Below, one piece after another: positions 59,931-64,000 of a DNA stretch of 64,000 bases. Numbering within the stretch: position 1 is the first letter of the stretch; the number at the start of each line of letters is the position of its first letter. The position numbers were made by a program, and so were the translations under genes. Where the stretch lies: assembly GCA_965283875.1 (NCBI GenBank), contig CBDIQC010000001.1, positions 810,085-874,084 on the forward strand. Direction: 5' to 3'. The DNA is from an uncultured Elusimicrobia bacterium (GTDB lineage Bacteria; Elusimicrobiota; Elusimicrobia; UBA1565; UBA9628). The notes below the pieces were generated by a model. The model searched no databases. It had not been told where the DNA came from and saw nothing but the letters and a program-made list of their open reading frames with translations.

Positions 59931-61216
59931 GACGAAGACCGTCGTGGCGGCCGCCGGGAGCCTCGCGCTCCTGCGCGGCCGTCGCCGCGGCGGCCGGGTT
60001 CTCCGGCTTCGACGCGGGCGTGTCGGTGCGCCCTCTCCTCGACGAGGCCAAGGCCGCGGCCGGCACGGGCGAGGTGTGGATTTCCGTGGGCAAAGACGAC
60101 CTGGGGCGCCTCTCGGCGTCCGAGACGCCGATGCTCGGCCGCCCGGTCTCGACGAGCTCGCGCGCGTCCGTGTTCCGCGTGCTCGAGGACGACCTCGGGC
60201 GCATCGCGACCTTGATGCACGACCGCTTCCATAAGTGCGGCGGCTTCTTCGCCCACTCCACGCGCGAGGAGGCCGAAGCCGACCTCTCCGCGCCGGCCGT
60301 GTCGCCCGCGGCCCTCGCCTACACCGTGGACCAGGGGGCCGTCGTGCGCCCGCTGGCCGCGGCCGCGCGCGAGGACAGCCTGCGCGCGACCATCGACGGC
60401 CTGACGTCCTACCACAACCGCTATTACCAGTCCGACTCCGGCACGCAGGCCGCCCAATGGCTCGCGGGCCGCTGGCGCGACCTGGCGATGGGCCTGCCCG
60501 GCGCGACCGTGCGCACGCACACGCACGGCGGCTGGAAGCAGCCCTCGGTCGTGCTCACCATCCCCGGCGCCGAGCTGCCCGACGAGATCGTCGTGCTCGG
60601 CGGCCACCTCGACTCCATCGGCGGCATGTGGGGCGGCGGCACGGCCAAGGCGCCCGGCGCCGACGACAACGCCTCGGGCATCGCGGTGCTCACCGAAGCG
60701 GTGCGCATCCTGGGCGAGGCCGGCTTCCGCCCGAAGCGCACCATCCAGTTCATGGGTTACGCGGCCGAAGAGGTCGGCCTGCGCGGCTCGGCCGACATCG
60801 CCAAGCAGTACCGGGCGGCCGGCACCAACGTCGTCGGGGTCGTGCAGTTCGACATGACCAACTTCCCCGGCTCGGGCGCGGGCATCTACGTGCTCACCGA
60901 CAACGTGGACCCGGCGCTGAGCGCGCACCTGCGCCGGCTGGTGGACGCCTACAGCGGCGTGCCGTCGGCGACGACGGCGTGCGGCTACGGCTGCTCCGAC
61001 CACGCGTCGTGGACGCGTTCGGGCTACCCGGCCTCGGCGGCCTTCGAGTCGGCGTTCGACACGATGAACCGCAACATCCACACCGACCGCGACACCATCC
61101 AGAACTCGGGGGGCTCCGCGCAGCATTCGGTGCCTTTCGCGCGGCTGGCCGTCGCGTTCGCCGTGGAGACCGCCAAACCCGCGGGCGCCGCGGGCGTGAC
61201 CACGGCCGCGCGTTAA
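59920..61216 (+). CDS. M28 family aminopeptidase (bacterial leucyl aminopeptidase-like), frameshift in the signal peptide
   Basis: LGGHLDS, GADDNASGIAVLTE, GYAAEEVGLRGS, CSDH. Signal peptide VGSKTKTVVAAAGSLAL in another frame joins at ~59968-59972 to CAAVAAAAGFSGFDAGVSVRPLL. Otherwise the start is 60020. Confidence 0.85.
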
Positions 61217-61807
61217 CTAACGCCGACGGCGGCGGGCGGCGGCGATGCGGCTCAGCGCGACGGGCGTGATGCCCAGGTAGGAGGCGACGAGCCTCTGGGG
61301 CAGGCGCGCGGCCAGGGACGGGCTTTCTTTCAAGAAAGCCTCCCAGCGCTCGGTCGCGCTGTCCATGAGCAGCTGCTGCTCGCGCCGCTCGCGCTGGCGG
61401 TAGTGCTCCTCGGCGATGACGCGGCCGAGCTCCTGCCAGCAGGCGTGTTCGCGGTACAACGCGGTCACGCGGTCGTGGCGGACCACGAGCAGCTCCGCGT
61501 CCTCCACCGCCTCGATGGTCGTGCGCGACGGGCGGCCGTCGAGCAGCTCGGCGTAGGCGGCGACGAGCTCGCCCGGGCCGCGGAAGGCCTTCGTCGCCTC
61601 GCGCCCGTCGGCGTCCACGTAATAGAACCGCATCAGCCCGGAGACGACGATGCCGGCCTCGCGCGACGGCTCGCCCGGCGCGATGAAGCGCTCGCCTTTG
61701 GCGTAGCGCCGCGGGCGCAGGTGCGGCTCCAGCCGCGCCCATTGCGCGGGCGGCACGGGGGCCAGGCGGCGGACCGCCGCGTAAACGCCGGGGTAACGCG
61801 TTAACAT
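61217..61807 (-). CDS. Crp/Fnr family transcriptional regulator
   Basis: cNMP-binding beta-roll pattern (GERFIAPGEPSREAGIVVSGLMRFYYVD.DGRE) and C-terminal HTH (LVASYLGITPVALSRI). Confidence 0.8.
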   Translation of the reverse strand: MLTRYPGVYAAVRRLAPVPPAQWARLEPHLRPRRYAKGERFIAPGEPSREAGIVVSGLMRFYYVDADGREATKAFRGPGELVAAYAELLDGRPSRTTIEAVEDAELLVVRHDRVTALYREHACWQELGRVIAEEHYRQRERREQQLLMDSATERWEAFLKESPSLAARLPQRLVASYLGITPVALSRIAAARRRRR

Positions 61808-61848
61808 AGGTTAACGACGGGGCCGCCCGCCGGGGGTTATCCTAAGGC

Positions 61849-62949
61849 ATGGACATCAACGCCTACGCCGTCGCGACCCCCGTCGTGCTCGCCGTCGTGG
61901 CCGCCGAGGCGGCCTGGTGTTTATACCAGAAAAACGACTGCTACCGATTCGACGACGCGCTCGCCAACTTCGGCACCGCCATCGGGCATCAGGCGACCAA
62001 CGTCGCCGTCGCGGCCCTCGTGTTCGCCGCGTTTTCGGCCCTGCGCGTACGCTGCGCGCTGGCCGACTGGGGCGCCACGCCGCTGAGCTTCGCGGCCCTG
62101 TACCTCGCGGTGGACTTCCTGTTCTACTGGTTCCACCGCGCGGGGCATCGCATCAACGTCTTCTGGGCCGCGCACGCCCCGCACCATTCGAGCGAGGAGC
62201 TCAACTACACCGTCGGCCTGCGCGCGAGCGTCACCCAGCGCCTGGCCTCGTTCTTCTTCTACTGGCCGCTCGTGCTCGTCGCGCGCCCGGAGGTGGCGCT
62301 GCCGCTGGTCGGGCTGCACCTGCTCATCCAGCTGCTCCCCCACACCCGCGTCGTGCGCCGCCTGCCGTCCTGGATCGAATCCTGGCTCAACAGCCCCGCG
62401 CACCACCGGGTGCACCACGGCATCAACCCGCGCTACCTCGACAAGAACTTCGGCGGGACCTTCATCGTCTGGGACAAACTTTTCGGCACCTACGCCGAGG
62501 AGGTCGAGGAGCCGGTGTACGGCGTGTTGCGCCCCCTCGACACGTGGTCGCCCATCGCCATCAACCTCCAGTATTGGCGGCTGTTGTGGCGCGACGCGGT
62601 CGCGGCCCCGCGCTGGTCCGACAAGGTCAAGCTCTGGTTCATGCCCAACGGCTGGCGCCCCGACGGCGCGCCGCCGCGCGAGGCGCCGCCGCCCGTCTTC
62701 GGGCGCGTCAAGCTCCAGGCGCGTCCCTCCCCGGGCCTGCGCGCCGCCCTGCTCGTCCAGCTGCCGCTGCTGCTCGGCGCCATGGCCTTGGTCACCCGCG
62801 AGGAAAGCCCGCTTTCGACCGGCGGCAAGGTCGTCGTCGGCTTGTTGATCTGGGTCGTCGTGTACGGCTGGGGCGCGGCGCTGGATTCCGCCACCGGACG
62901 TGCTAGGTCCGGCGGGTATTCCTTAATAGGCCATCTGCCGACCCCATAA
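61849..62949 (+). CDS. Fatty acid hydroxylase / sterol desaturase superfamily membrane protein
   Basis: Three His boxes: HRAGH, HAPHH, HHRVHH. FGGTFIVWDKLFGTY. Confidence 0.85.
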   Translation: MDINAYAVATPVVLAVVAAEAAWCLYQKNDCYRFDDALANFGTAIGHQATNVAVAALVFAAFSALRVRCALADWGATPLSFAALYLAVDFLFYWFHRAGHRINVFWAAHAPHHSSEELNYTVGLRASVTQRLASFFFYWPLVLVARPEVALPLVGLHLLIQLLPHTRVVRRLPSWIESWLNSPAHHRVHHGINPRYLDKNFGGTFIVWDKLFGTYAEEVEEPVYGVLRPLDTWSPIAINLQYWRLLWRDAVAAPRWSDKVKLWFMPNGWRPDGAPPREAPPPVFGRVKLQARPSPGLRAALLVQLPLLLGAMALVTREESPLSTGGKVVVGLLIWVVVYGWGAALDSATGRARSGGYSLIGHLPTP

Positions 62950-63002
62950 GGGGACCTTCGTCTCTCGGTGATTCGGACGGGTTGTCGTAGCATCTGGCTA
63001 CC

Positions 63003-64000
63003 ATGAACCGCCCTCTTCGCCGTCTCCTCGCGACCATCCTCTCCGCCGCCGTCCTGGTGACGTCACCGGGCCTGCCCGCCGCGCGCGCCGTCGCCGCGGG
63101 CTTCGTCGCGCCGCGCTCGGCCGCGGCCGCGCCGCGGCTGCGGACCGTGGTGGGCGGCATGGACATGGGGGCGTACGCGGGCCGTTCGTTGGCCGGAGTC
63201 GATCTTCACGGCGCGCTCAGCGCCCTGCGCGCCGCCGACCTCGCCACCCCGGCCGGCCTGCGCCTGGCCGCGCCCGTGCTCGCGCGCCTGCCCGAAGGCC
63301 GCCCGGCCGACGAGCCCGCGGTCGTGTCCGCCGTGCTCGCGGCCGCCTCCGAGCTGGAAGCCCGCGCGCTCGCGCTGGCGGCCGAGGCCCCGAAGGCGAT
63401 CGGCAGCGGCGAAGGCCTGATCGCGCTCGACCGCCGCCTGGCCGAGCTCGACGGGTTCGACGCGTTCCTCTCCCCGACGACGCGTATCACGTTGGCCGGC
63501 GCCCGCGGCTCCGTCGCCTCGGCCGCGGCGGAACTGAAGGCCGAAGCCGCGCGCGGCGTGGTCCGCCGCGAGACCGCGGGCTGGCGCGAACGCCGCGATG
63601 AAGCCGCCGCCGTCGCGGGCCGCGAACGTATCGCCGCGTCCGGGCTGACGCGCCGCGCCATCGTCGCCGCCGTCGAGGCGCGCGAGCGCGACCGCGCCGC
63701 CGCGCGCCGCTTCATCGACGACGCCGTCGCCGGCCGCCGCCGCGCGGATTCCACCCCGCGCCGGGAGACCTTCCTCGGCAAAGCCGCCTGGCCGCTCGCG
63801 CTGGGCATGACCGCGGTCATCGGCTGGGGCCTGGCGTCGGCCTCGCTCGGCGCGACCGCCGTGCTCGCCACCGCGGGCCTGCTCGCCGCCTCCGTGCTCG
63901 CCCACGAGTGGGCGCACCTGCTCGTGTTGCGCGGCCTGGGCGACGACACCGCGCGCCTGCACGGCGTGGGCCTGAACCCGTTCAAGCAGATGGACCCGTG
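63003..64000 (+). CDS. Exported/membrane protein with HExxH (possible M50 site-2-protease-like), 3' end beyond the window
   Basis: I translated an open frame by hand from ATG 63003 to the window end. It is absent from the ORF track, apparently because it has no stop. MNRPLRRLLATILSAAVLVTSPGLPAARA ... two TM helices ... LAHEWAHLLVLRGLG. Confidence 0.45.
   Translation, partial: MNRPLRRLLATILSAAVLVTSPGLPAARAVAAGFVAPRSAAAAPRLRTVVGGMDMGAYAGRSLAGVDLHGALSALRAADLATPAGLRLAAPVLARLPEGRPADEPAVVSAVLAAASELEARALALAAEAPKAIGSGEGLIALDRRLAELDGFDAFLSPTTRITLAGARGSVASAAAELKAEAARGVVRRETAGWRERRDEAAAVAGRERIAASGLTRRAIVAAVEARERDRAAARRFIDDAVAGRRRADSTPRRETFLGKAAWPLALGMTAVIGWGLASASLGATAVLATAGLLAASVLAHEWAHLLVLRGLGDDTARLHGVGLNPFKQMDP

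Overview
High-GC bacterial chromosome segment (hand-counted 60-nt sample lines are about 70-73% GC), densely packed with housekeeping genes. These include sufC/sufB, def, an ABC-2 type exporter, bfd/bfr, a Bacillus-like ispE-spoVG-tRNA(Gln)-glmU-prs-ctc-pth block, rimI-tsaB-tsaE-nnrD, acpS, glmS, pdxJ-glmM-folP-ftsH-hpt, ddl, two receiver/histidine-kinase modules, and many exported peptidases (M16, M48, M28, HExxH, M50-like). Three things stand out. (1) A roughly 5.4 kb low-GC island (35.6-41.0 kb; one sample line is 45% GC) sits between unknown membrane proteins and acpS. It carries six co-oriented genes, four of them nuclease-fold proteins (one HNH, three PD-(D/E)xK variants) with unassigned extra domains, plus two copies of a GC-rich hairpin repeat. 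No methyltransferase, ATPase, cyclase or integrase is visible. This is my best candidate for an undescribed defence or restriction-like system, but it rests on motifs only. (2) At least a dozen single-base frameshifts break otherwise well-conserved genes, including essential ones (sufB, ispE, ddl). That pattern looks like consensus indel error rather than real gene decay. One mosaic locus also contains an orphan CheD-like fragment. (3) A 65-aa exported peptide preceded by a strong Shine-Dalgarno site has three 17-aa CVWPxxC repeats. The very long antisense ORFs in the track are high-GC shadow ORFs. No CRISPR array, rRNA or transposase was seen.
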